Assembly: GCF_006345805.1 (NCBI RefSeq)
Contig: NC_043003.1
Coordinates: 7,440,001-7,504,000, forward strand
Source of the DNA: Octopus sinensis
Taxonomy: Eukaryota
Length of the DNA stretch: 64,000 bases
Direction of reading: 5' to 3'
How positions within the stretch are numbered: position 1 is the stretch's first letter; each line of letters starts with the position of its first letter. Both the position numbers and the translations under genes were made by a program. The notes under the pieces were generated by a model. The model searched no databases. It was not told where the DNA came from and saw only the letters and a program-made list of their open reading frames with translations. Positions 51,042-62,009 of this stretch are shown here, piece after piece.

Positions 51042-51559
51042 CTAAGGAATAAAAAAATAAATAAATAAATAAAAGAGGGTGTTAAATCGAATATATGGGC
51101 TCTAATACTTGGCTGATACTTTGTTTTATCAGCCCTCAAATGATAAAGGGCAGAGATAACCTTGGTGGAATTTGAACCCAGAATCTAAAGTGCTGGAAGA
51201 ATGAGCAGTTAGGCATTTTGTCTGATACAGTAACAATTCTGCCACCTCATTGATTTTCTTTCTAATATAGACACAAGGCCTGAAATTTGAGTGGAGGGAG
51301 AAGGCGGAATTGATTATATGAAGCCCGATGCTTGACTAGTACTTTATTTTATAGACCCTGGAGGGAAGACAGGTTAAGCTGACCTTGGCAGAATTTGAAC
51401 ACAAACCTCAATGAGCTGGAAGAAATAATGCTAGGTATCTTGCCTGACACACCAAGACTCTGCTAGCTCAATGCATTTTACTCCTCTTTTCTACATTAAT
51501 ATCGCCAATCCTTCTTTTATTTCAGAGACATTCTTGAATAAATCAAAACATCCAGGTAT

Positions 51560-52042
51560 CACAAATATCAAATGGAAATTGTAGTTGTGATACCTGTGCT
51601 GGTGGTATGTAAAAAGCACTATCCGAACGTGGCCGATGCCAGCGTTGCCTCGACTGGCTTCTGTGCCAGTGGCATGTAAAAAGCACCAACCGATCGTGGC
51701 CGTTGCCAGCCTCCTCTGGCCCCAGTGCCAGTAGCACATAAAAAGCACCATCCGTACGTGGTGGATGGCAGCACCACCTTGACTGGCGTCTGTGCCAGTG
51801 GCACGTAAAAAGCACTGACCGACCGTGGCCGTTGCCAGCCTCCTCTGGCCCCAGTGCTGGTGGCACGTAAAAAGCACCAATTACACTCACAGAGTGGTTG
51901 GCATTAGGAAAGGCATCCAGCTGTAGAAATTCTGCCAGATCAGACTGGAGCCTGATGCAGCCTCCTGGCTTCCCAGACCCCGGTCGAACCGTCCAACCCA
52001 TGCTAGTATGGAAAAGGGACATTAAATGATGATGATGATGAT
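51560..52042 (+). mobile_element. Representative RTE 3'-UTR-only insertion with (GAT)n tail (about 20 copies in the window)
   Basis: Core GTTAGGAAGGGCATCCAGCTGTAGAAAC plus ~60-65 bp internal repeats. Other approximate copies: 1322-1668(-), 2948-3135(-), 7100-7255(-), 10300-10672(+), 23895-24300(+), 31577-32015(-), 36460-36830(+), 37505-37692(+), 37730-38310(+), 38650-38850(-), 39410-39745(+), 40860-41157(+), 41470-41810(+), 41815-42212(+), 53900-54165(+), 54740-55240(-), 59445-59725(-). Confidence 0.85.
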
Positions 52043-52062
52043 ATAAAGTGGAAGTGATTTAC

Positions 52063-52162
52063 CATGAAGAGAAAGACAAGGGTGTCGCCAATTATGCTGC
52101 AGAAGTTCAACCTTTGACGAGTGTAGAAGTTTTTCACAGCCAATATCTTTTCGGAGGTCTTC
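52063..52162 (-). CDS. CNDP2: CNDP2-like copy A, exon 10 (EDLRKDIGCEKLLHSSKVELLQHNWRHPCLSLH-G)
   Basis: 100 nt, tgtatag acceptor, gtaaat donor. Matches the HRWRYPSLSLHG motif. Confidence 0.92.
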
Positions 52163-52279
52163 CTATACAAATGTGAAACCAGAGAGAAACACAAATAAAT
52201 GTCTACACACATATATAAAGTGGATGATAGAGGTGAAACATGGTTCAGCACATTAATTCCTTCATGAACTAAAATGTCT

Positions 52280-52422
52280 TTCAGTTCTATATTTAAGAGA
52301 TGAGGAATTATGTACCTTATTTACAATTGATGGATATTTGTCCTCATCTTGTTTGTTGTTAACACAACATTTTGGCTGATATACCCTCCAGCCTTCATCA
52401 GGTGTCTTGGGGAAATTTCGAA
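52280..52422 (-). mobile_element. 5'-truncated copy of the hammerhead element
   Basis: Same module and same TATAGAACTG terminus. Core at 52361-52406. Confidence 0.7.
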
Positions 52423-52612
52423 GACTTTTGTTAAACCCCTGCTTGAAATTTGGTGGCATTGGGTGTGATAGCATGTCCAATACAGCAACCACCAGACCCC
52501 ACTGGTTAGAAGGGCTGTAGAAATGGACTACAACCAAAAATATCTGTTGTTTACATATCACGATTTTTACTTGGTTAATACATGGAGAAAACATGAACAT
52601 CATGGAACTTAC

Positions 52613-52757
52613 CAAATCAAAATCAATATCCTTATATAAAGAATCTTCTTCTGAAGTGATTGGTTCCACAGAATCATAAATTCCTGGAATCAGGATACGA
52701 CCTTTGACATCAACCAAAGAATTCATCAAAAATATAAGGTCACTCATTGCTTCATGA
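52613..52757 (-). CDS. CNDP2: CNDP2-like copy A, exon 9 ([48 protein letters not shown])
   Basis: 145 nt, tttcag acceptor, gtaagt donor. Matches [26 protein letters not shown]. Confidence 0.95.
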
Positions 52758-53083
52758 CTGAAAATAAAAAAAACCAAAATAAACAAAAACAATATAATAA
52801 AAACAAATGTAAAATATTACTTTTTGGACTATCTTTGTTTTGACATGCAACTGAATTTTATGTGGAATGTCAGAGCGATACATCAGCATTGTTAAGAATT
52901 AAATTGGTGTTGTTGGCGGAACTGTTAGCATACCAGGCAAAATGATCAACCCTTTCGTTACTGTATTTATTTTGAGATGCTCTGGGTTTCTTTCAATTAA
53001 TTTTAAATATAACCAAAACTTTACTAAAATAACTTGGTCACAATTTATGTTCCTAACACTAGCTTAATGATAACTAAGGTTTG

Positions 53084-53472
53084 TACATTATTTAGATTAT
53101 TTACCTTTGACGGATATTTGTCCTCATCTTGTTTGTTGTTAACACAATGTTTTGGCTGATATACCCTCCAGCCATCATCAGGTGTCTTGGGGAAATTTGA
53201 AACCAGGGTTCTCATTCCTAACGTATTTTTCAGTGTTGTTGTTGTTGTTGCTGTTGTTGTTATTATTATTATTCAGGTCACTGCCTGGAATCAAACTCGG
53301 AATCTTGGGGTTAGTAGCCCGTGCTCTTAACCACTATGCCATATGCCCAAGACACCTGATGAAAGCTGGAGGGTATATCAGCCAAAACGTGTTAACAACA
53401 AACAAGATGAGGACAAATATCCGTCAAATGTAAATAATGTACATAATTCCTCATTTCTTAAATATAGAACTG
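53084..53472. mobile_element. Second inverted-arm copy of the tRNA/hammerhead element, nested in a TTAA MITE
   Basis: 12-bp TSD AACTAAGGTTTG at 53072-53083 and 53473-53484. Head on the minus strand ending at about 53348. Cores at 53141-53186 (-) and 53351-53393 (+). Same 3' terminus TATAGAACTG as the 8 kb copy. Confidence 0.75.
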
Positions 53473-53599
53473 AACTAAGGTTTGATGGAAGATTTTAATT
53501 CAGAACTTTTGAAAACAAGACATTTGTACTACAGAGCCAGAGGTGGTTTCAGTCGGGTTGATAACAAAAGGGTTAAAAATTGTTTCTCTCTTATATATT

Positions 53600-53820
53600 T
53601 TAACCCTTTTGTTACCATATTTCTGTTGAGATGCTCTGTGTTTTCTTCAATTAATTTTAAATATAACAAAGAATTTAGTAAAATAACTTAGTTATCATTC
53701 AGCTAGTGTTAGGAACATAAATTGTGACTAAAAGATTTTAATTCAGAACTTATGAAAACAAGACATTTGTACTACAGAGCCAGAGGCTGTTTCAGCCAGG
53801 CTGGTATCAAAAGGGTTAAA
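53600..53820. mobile_element. TTAA-flanked (piggyBac-like) MITE, about 225 bp; other copies at about 3193-3422, 3441-3673, 48459-48687 and, split, 52949-53577
   Basis: TTAA-CCCTTT ... AAAGGG-TTAA termini with a shared AT-rich body. Confidence 0.78.
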
Positions 53821-55729
53821 AACATTTTGTCCATTTTTATGGTTTGAATATGAATTCTGCTAAGGTCAGTCTTGCTTTTCATCCTTTCATGGTTGATGAA
53901 ATAAGTATCTGTTGGCACCACATATGAAGCACCCATGCTGGTGCCACATAAAAAGCACCGATGCTGGTGCCACGTAACATGCCGCCACTATAGCCTGTAA
54001 AGTGACTGGTGTTTGGAAGGGCATCTAACCAGGCCAAAGCAGATGACCGGCACCTGGTGCAGCTCTCCAGTTTGCCAGATCCTGTCAAACCATCCAAACC
54101 CATGCCAACATGGAAAATGGACATTAAATGATGATGATGACAATGATGGTGATGACAATGATGATTGATGGTAATAAAGGCGGTGAGCCAGCAGAACCAT
54201 TAGCACGCCGGGCGAAATGCTTAGCGGTATTTCGTCTGCCGCTACGTGCTGAGTTCAAATACTGCCGAGGTCGACTTTGCCTTTCATCCTTTCAGGGTCG
54301 ATAAATTAAGTACCAGTGATGCACTGGGGTCGATGTAATCAACTTAATCCATTTGTCTGTCCTTGTTTGTCCCCTCTCTGTTTAGCCCCTTGTGGGTTGT
54401 AAAGAAACAGATGGTGATAGGCACTGGGGTCGATGTAATTGACTAGACCCACCCCCTTGCTCCTTTAAAATTTCAGGCTTTGTGTCTATAGTATAAAGTA
54501 TTGTTAAGAATATCCAAACACACCTCCCTAATCCATATACTTCTCTGCTACTATAATTATTTAGAAAGTGATCATCTCCAAAGTAAGTTAATTAAGGTGT
54601 CAGCTTTAAGAAGAAAGACTCAGACATCGTTCATGATGCTGCACAATCAATCCTTTGAAGTCCCATTTGATGCTGACTTTATTGCAATCCTTCATCACAG
54701 TGGAAATCTTCATGCTTGTTTTTGGTTTGCAAGATTCTTGATGTCATTATCATCATCATCACCGTTTAACGTCCGCTTTCTATGCTAGCATGGGTTGGAC
54801 GATTTGACTGAGGTCTGGTGAACCAGACCCCAATCTTGATCTGGTAGAGTTTCTACAGCTAGATGCTCTTCCTAATGCCAACCACTCTGAGAGTGTAGTG
54901 GGTGCTTTTACGTGCCACTGGTACGAGGGCCAGTTTGATGGTACTGGCAGTGGCCATGCTCAAATGGTGCTTTCGGCACTGGCAACGACCTCACTCGAAT
55001 GTTTTTCCACATGCCCCCAGCACAAGTGCCAGTAAGGCGATGCAGGTAAAGATCACACTTGAATGGTGTTTTTTAACATGCCATCGGCACGAAGGCCAGC
55101 TTGTTGCTCTGGCAACGATCTCACTCATATGGTACTCTTAGTGCTCCACTAGCAATGAATACCAGTCACCGAGTTTGATTTTGATTTCGATTTCACTTGC
55201 CTCAACTGGTCTTTGCAAGCAGAGTTTAGTGTCCAATGATGTGAATTAGTTAAAACAGATCTTGTGTTTTGGGAGGGTTGTTATGCCAATAATAATAAAC
55301 ACATGTACTGGTTCACTATCACTTCTTTATTGTTAGTCAAGTAAATCACTATGATTATAACCATATTGGCACGAGTTAGACAAGTCTGCAATAGAGTACA
55401 TCTTCCTTTGTTGATCATAAGATCAAGGTTTCGATTCCTGGACTGGGTAGTGTGTTGTGTAATTGAGCAAAACTTTTCATTTCATGTTATTCTAGTCCAC
55501 TCCCCTGTAGATGAGAATGATGTCCAGCCCAGAAGGAGTGTCATCTTCTCAGATACTTATGTGCCATGGGAACTTGGTAACTTGGCTCTTTGAGTTCTGG
55601 GACTTGAGACAGTAATGATAGTGATGATGATGATGATGATGAAAGTTTTAAAAAATGCCATATTGCCTATGTTGGTGAAAAGATGCCAAATGATAACAAA
55701 ATAAACAGTTGAAACACAGAAGTACTTAC

Positions 55730-55804
55730 ACAGAACCACCAAACACACCGGAATGTAGATCTTTAGATGAACATTCTACTTCAACAAAGAAGTGACAAAC
55801 TCCA
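55730..55804 (-). CDS. CNDP2: CNDP2-like copy A, exon 8 ([25 protein letters not shown])
   Basis: 75 nt, tttcag acceptor, gtaagt donor. Paralogous to 2335-2409. Confidence 0.94.
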
Positions 55805-56189
55805 CTGAAAGAGAAAGGAAATTTTATATAATCACGGACTCAATACATGTGTCTAGAGACAATTTAGATGCAATATGTTCGTGGCCGTTGCTTGTGCCAC
55901 CTGACTGGCTCCCATGCAAGTGGCACCTAAAAAGCACCATTTGAGCTTGGTTGATGCCAGTGCCACCTGACTGGCACCAGCACTGGTGGCACGTGAAAAG
56001 AATTTTGAAAGAATACATTTACAATGCTAAGTATGGACAAAATAATTTTAAAGATAACCTAAAGTAATCTCCCTTGTAGATCACACCCCAAAGGAGCACC
56101 AGTTAATTATTAGTGACAAAAGCAGTAGCAATACCCAAAGGAAATCTTTATATCCTAGTTAACATGGCGGTCTTTTTAGAATACCAAAC

Positions 56190-57945
56190 ACTACATTATT
56201 AGCCATGTTAAGTTGGATATAAAGATATCCTTGCCAGGAAAAGGGAAAAATGGCTGCTTATAAATGCTAAAACCTTCCCAGGCAAAGAATGTACTCTGCA
56301 ACATAGACTGGTAGTTAGTGACTTTAGGATCAGGACTAAGAGGACGACCAGAAGACGACCAACATGGAGAAGAAGGATCTGGAAGCTTAAAGATCCTGCG
56401 AATGGACAGAGATTTAAGGACATATTACTTGAAGCCCTTGACGAAGTAGAAGGGGATAGAGTATCACATGGGGTAGAAGACAACTGGCGGCTTCTAAGAG
56501 ACAACCTGCTGAGAGCCACTGACCAGATCTGTAGCTGGTGCAAAGTACCCTCTCGACCTAAAATAATGTGGTGGTGGAACAATGTTGTAGACAGAGCTAT
56601 TAGAGAAAAGAGACAGGCTTAGAAGGACTGGAAGAATGGGGGTAGCAGAGGTTTGGAGACGCTACTATGAAAGGTTGCTGAATAAAGAAAATGAATGGGA
56701 TAAAGAGAGTCTGCCGAATGTCGACCCAACAGAGGGACCAGCTATCCGAGTTGACAGTTCCTTGGTAGTTAAAGCAATTAGAAGCATGAAGACAGGGAAA
56801 GCCCCTGGCCCATCAGGAATCACTGCAGAGATGCTCAAAATATCTGCTCAGGAACAATACACACTGAAAATGCGCAGAGACCAACTTCTGCCACATTCCA
56901 AGGAGAAAAACTAGAAATAGTTGATAGCTTCCATTACCTAGGTGACCAAGTCAGTAGCGGGGGCTAGTGTGTTGAAAGTGTAACTGCTAGAGTAAGAATA
57001 GCCTGGGCAAAGTTCAGAGAGCTCTTACCTCTGCTAGGGACAAAAGGCCTCTTGCTCAGAGTAAAAGGCAGACTGTATGACGCATGTGTACGAACAGCCA
57101 TGCTACATGGCAGTGAAACATAGGCTGTGACTGCTGAGGATATGTGTAAGCTCACAAGAAATGAAGCCAGTATGCTCCGATGGATGTGTAATGTCAGTGT
57201 TCATACTTGACAGAGTGTAAGTACCTTGAGAGAAAAGTTGGACCTAAGAAGCATCAGTTGTGGTGTGCAAGAGAGACATTTGCACTGGTATGGTCATGTG
57301 GCGAGAATGGATGAAGATAGGTGTGTGAAAAAGTGCCACACCCTAGCAGTTGAGGGAACCTGGTGAAGAGGTAGACCCAGATAAACCTGGGACGAGGTGG
57401 TGAAGCACAACTTTCGAACATTAGTTCTCACTGAGGAAATGACCAGAGACCGAGACCTTTGGAAGTATGCTGTGCGTGAGAAGACCCGGCAGGACAAGTG
57501 AGACCATAACCCGTGGCCTCAGTCCACCTGTGCATACCTTCCTTCTTGGGACACAAAACTCTACTTGTGAAGACCTGTTGAGGCAAGTGAAAATCAAAAT
57601 CAAAATCGATCAACATCAATGGAAATCGTAGCTGTGCTACCAGTGCCGGTGGCACATAAGTGAACCATCCGAACATGGCCGTTGCCAGCGCTGCCCCGAC
57701 TGGCCTCCGTGCCAGTGGCACGTAAAAAGCACCATCCAATCATGGCCGTTGCCAGCCTCACCTGGCACGTAAAAAGCACCCACTACACTCACAGAGTGGT
57801 TGGCGTTAGGAAGGGCATCCAGCCGTAGAAACATTGCCAGATCAGACTGGGCCTGGTGCAGCCTTCTGGCTTCCCAGACCCCAAGTGAACCGTGCAACCC
57901 ATGCCAGCATGGAAAGTGGACGCTAAACGATGATGATGATGATGA
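56190..57945 (+). pseudogene. RTE LINE with two large internal deletions (RT core removed), intact 3' UTR and (GAT)n tail
   Basis: Collinear with the 62 kb copy but jumps at about 56648 and 56847. Ends ...GTGGACGCTAAACGATGATGATGATGATG. Confidence 0.85.
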
Positions 57946-58282
57946 AAGATTACCATTTGGTACTGATACTGCTTTCATTATCAATAATTAATTTTTAAAA
58001 AGTCAGCTAGTCATTTGCAACATCAGTGTCAGAAACATTCTGATATTCTATATATGGTAGCAGCAAGGTTTGATGAGCATGCAGTCACCTAGATACTTCC
58101 TACTGATCAGCTCCTATAGACTGAAATCACTTGATATGGGAATTCTGGTGCCCATGACAGATGAATTTCATTTGTTATGATCTCTGTGTGTCCCTTTATG
58201 CATCAAGCACCCATATGAGAGGAACTCTCAGGGCTAATAATGCAGGATTTGTGGTTTTAAGAAAACATCCATTTCAAGATTA

Positions 58283-58882
58283 CAGTGGTTAAGAGCGTAG
58301 GCTACTAACCCCAAGATTCTGAGTTTGATTCCAGGCAGTGACCTGAATAATAATAATAATAATAATCATTTAACGTCTGCTTTCCATGCTAGCATAGGTT
58401 GGACGATTTTGACTGAGGACTGGTGAACCAGATGGCTGTACCAGGTTTCAATCTTGATCTGGCAGAGTTTCTACAGCTGGATGCCCTTCCTAATGCCAAC
58501 CACTCCGAGAGTGTAGTGAGTGCTTTTTACGTGCCACCGGCACAGGGGCCAGTCAGGTGGTACTGGTAACAACCTCGCTCAAATCTTTTACACAGGTGCC
58601 AGTAAGGCGATGCTGGTAATAATAATAATAATAATAATAATAAACCTGGATTCTCATTTCTAAGGTATTTTTCAATGTTGTTATTATTATTATCATTATT
58701 ATTCATGATGATGATGATGAATAATGATAATAATAATAACAACATCGAAAAATACCTTAGGAATGAGAATCCAGGTTCGAAATTTCCCCAAGACACCTGA
58801 TGAAGGCTGGAGAGTATATCAGCCAAAATGCTGTGTTAACAACAAACAAGATGAGGGCAAATATCCGTCAAATGTAAATAAT
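58283..58882 (+). mobile_element. tRNA/hammerhead element interrupted by an RTE 3' fragment
   Basis: Head AGTGGTTAAGAGC...GGCAGTGACCTG(AAT)n at about 58283-58355. RTE tail at about 58357-58620. Core at 58792-58837. Confidence 0.65.
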
Positions 58883-59274
58883 TTGTTAATTACAAATAAG
58901 TAAATCTTACCAGTTAAGATTACATAGTTAAAGTCACCCACCTTCACCTTCCCCTCCCAAATACTTCCTCCTGGGGGCAGGAGCTTTTTTCCCTTTCTTT
59001 TCCTCTGTTCTTAAATGTCTCTCAAGCTTCATGGCAACTTCACTAATGCTGGTGACATGTAAAATGCACTCAGAGTTCTTTATAAAGTGGTTGGAATTAG
59101 GAAAGGAATCAAGCTGTAGAAACTGTACCAAAGCAGACACTGGAATCTGATGCAACCCTGCAGCTTGCCAGTTAGTTCCCTGTGAAATTGTCTAACCGAT
59201 GCCAGCATGGAATATGGATGTTAAATGATGGTGATGATGACGAGTAATAAACAGGATTCATTAATCATTCTTAC

Positions 59275-59348
59275 CGAAGTCCGTAAGTCAAGCAAGGTCT
59301 ATTCTTGCTAAGCCAGTTATTGTCCGAGATGCAGATGAAATCAATATC
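59275..59348 (-). CDS. CNDP2: CNDP2-like copy A, exon 7 (DIDFICISDNNWLSKNRPCLTYGL-R)
   Basis: 74 nt, same phase and splice sites as copy B exon 7. Confidence 0.94.
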
Positions 59349-60007
59349 CTACAAATGAAAAGAAACACATTAAAAATATGGAAAGAAAAATATTGAAGAC
59401 TGAGCTTGTTTTTCTTGGTTGTTCTATGGAATCGATATGTAATATACATATCATCATCATCATTTAACATCCGCTTTCCATGCTGGCATGGGTTGGACGG
59501 TTCAACTGGGGTCTGGGAAGCCAGAAGGCTGCACCAGGCCCAGTCTGATCTGGCAGTGTTTCTACAGCCGGATGCCCTTCCTAACGCCAACCACTCCAAG
59601 AGTGTAGTGGGTGCTTTTTACGTGCCACCGGTACAGGTGCCAGATGAGGCTGGCAAACGGCCACGATCGGATGGTGCTTTTTACGTGCCACCGGCACGGG
59701 GACCAGACGAAGCTGGCAACAGCCCATGGAGGTGCAATGGCCCAGTGGTTAGGGCAGCGGACTCGTGGTCGTAGGATTGCAGTTTTGATTCCCAGACTGG
59801 GCATTGTGAGTGTTTATTGAGTGAAAACACCTAAAAGCTCCATGAGGCTCCGGTAAGGGGTGGTGATCCCTGCTGTACTCTTTCACCACTCTTTCTCTCA
59901 CTGGCCTGCTCGTTTAGCCAGTGAGGTGGCGTCATTTGAAGTCTAAAGCAACATCTGATGGTCTAGTTGGTCACGTGATCACATGATATATATATATATA
60001 TATATTT

Positions 60008-60183
60008 GGAGAGAAGATTTTTCCTCAAAGAGTTAAGATCAGGAAAAGAACCTTTTTAGAAAGTAGAAAGCCACTAAGCCAATACACATTTCGTGAAATC
60101 TCTTCCCAAATGTTAGTGTTTTTCGACTTTCTGAAAAGGTTCTTTTCTCGATCTTAACTCTTTGAGAAAAAATTCTTCTCTCC
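60008..60183. repeat. Inverted repeat, ~62-bp arms and ~50-nt loop (hairpin MITE-like)
   Basis: GGAGAGAAGATTTTTCCTCAAAGAGTTAAGATC...AAAGAACCTTTT is mirrored at 60121-60183. Confidence 0.9.
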
Positions 60184-60221
60184 AGGTATTATAACTGTAT
60201 CAAGGAATTTCCAAAAGACTC

Positions 60222-60269
<48 letters not shown>

Positions 60270-60273
<4 letters not shown>

Positions 60274-60436
60274 CGCAGTAGTGGCTGTGTGGTAAGCAGC
60301 TTGCTAACCAACCACATGGTTCCAGGTTCAGTCCCACTGCGTGGCATCTTGGGCAAGTGTCTTCTGCTATAGCCTCGGGCCGACCAAAGCCTTGTGAGTG
60401 GATTTGGTAGACAGAAACTGAAAGAAGCCTGTTGTA

Positions 60437-60467
<31 letters not shown>

Positions 60468-60685
60468 GTGTGTGTATATGTTTGTGTGTCTGTGTTTGTC
60501 CCCCTAGAATTGCTTGACAACCGATGCTAGTGTGTTTACGTCCCTGTCACTTAGCAGTTCGGCAAAAGAGACCGATAGAATAAGTACTGGGCTTACAAAG
60601 AATAAGTCCCGGGGTCGAGTTGCTCGACTAAAGGCGGTGCTCCAGCATGGCCGCAGTCAAATGACTGAAAAGAGTAAAAGAGTAT
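60270..60685 (+). mobile_element. tRNA-derived SINE family 1, representative near-intact copy
   Basis: A/B-box head (GTGGCTGTGTGGTAAG...GGTTCAGTCCC), central (TA)/(TG) tract, tail GACTGAAA..AGTAAAAGAGTA. Other approximate copies: 5124-5530(-), 5695-6085(-), 11380-11800(-), 16700-16990(+), 24370-24790(-), 30715-31030(+), 40380-40770(-), 44040-44360(-), 46170-46580(-). Confidence 0.85.
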
Positions 60686-61056
60686 ATATATATATATATA
60701 TTTCGTTTTGGGATTTGGTTTGCAAGATTCTTTGTATGAGTTTGTGTGTTGAAGCATATTCTGTTGTATCTGGGGAGAGTCATACATACATACATACATG
60801 CATGCATGTACAGGCACACACACACACTGATCCACACACATGTGCACAAACAAACAAAAAGGACCACAGTGCGAGTAAAAGACAGAATCAAAACTATTGA
60901 AAATGTTGCAAGACGCAACAAAAATTTTAGAAAAATAAAAAAGAAATAAGTGGAAATTTTACTGGTGAGTGTGTTAAATTATAAGGCATCAAAAGAGAAT
61001 GACTCTCCCCAGACACAACATATATATATATATGTGTATGTATTACTTAATACATA

Positions 61057-61544
61057 TCTTTATATATAAAAGTAAGGTTGTGTGTCTGTCTCCTACGATT
61101 TAGATTCCTAACTACTCCCACATTTTGCGGTGCAGTGTAACCAAAACCTGGTATCTTATAGTCGTGATTCATATCGAGCCCTTCTGGGTATTAGCGCGCG
61201 TCTATGATGAGTCTACGATTTAAAAAAAAATTTACCATCATTTTTTTCCATTTTAATGCATTTTTTTCGCTATTATATAAGGGAAGTAACTCTCTAAAAA
61301 TGTCTACGATGAGTCAACGATTTAAAAAAAAATTTACCATCATTTTTTCCATTTTTAATGCATTTTTTGGCTATTATATAAGGGAAGTAACTCTCTAAAA
61401 ATGTCTACAATGAGTCAATGATTTAAAAAAAAATTTACCATTATTTTTTTCCATTTTTAATGCATTTTTTGGCTATAACTCTCTAAAAATGCTTATATAG
61501 TTATTTCCCTTACAAACCCGAGCAACGCCGGGCGATACTGCTAG
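61057..61544 (+). mobile_element. Non-autonomous Helitron with internal ~100-110 bp tandem triplication
   Basis: Same termini as 50447-50847. The GATGAGTC.A.GATTTAAAAAAAAATTTACC unit occurs three times. Confidence 0.82.
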
Positions 61545-61846
61545 TATTTTATGAAACCAGAACAGATAGCCATAGGAAATGCCATTAAACATTTTGTCTG
61601 AAGCATCAGTGATTCTGCCAGCTGACCACCGTAAATGGACATAGTAATAAAAATATGCATTAGAGATAATTCTCAATATTCTCTTTTTAATTAATTATTT
61701 TGGTAATAGGTTATAAGGAGACTTTAAAGACCTGTTTGGAAGCCTGCAAGATAAACCTGAATACATGGGAGTCAGAAGCACTAAATAGAGTCCAGAGGAT
61801 AAAGCTGCCTCCAACTTTTGCAAAGAGGAATAGAAAATGATGTTAC

Positions 61847-61927
61847 CTTCAAAAAAGAATCCTTCTTTGACATCAACAGGTTTGCAAGACCATCAGAATC
61901 AGATTCTTCCATGGCTTCAAACACAAA
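61847..61927 (-). CDS. CNDP2: CNDP2-like copy A, exon 6 (FVFEAMEESDSDGLANLLMSKKDSFLK); exons 1-5 lie beyond the window
   Basis: 81 nt, 4 nt differences from copy B exon 6. tttccag acceptor, gtaaca donor. Confidence 0.94.
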
Positions 61928-62009
61928 CTGGAAACAAACAAACAAAGAAAGTACATATTAACAATGATGTGTAGCTTATTGAGGTTTTGTGATATCAGCA
62001 TGGCTTAAG

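Noticed and set aside
56640-56860. Internal deletions of the RTE copy as splicing events
   Set aside because: The junctions do not match GT-AG removal exactly. Short microhomologies suggest deletion or template jumps.
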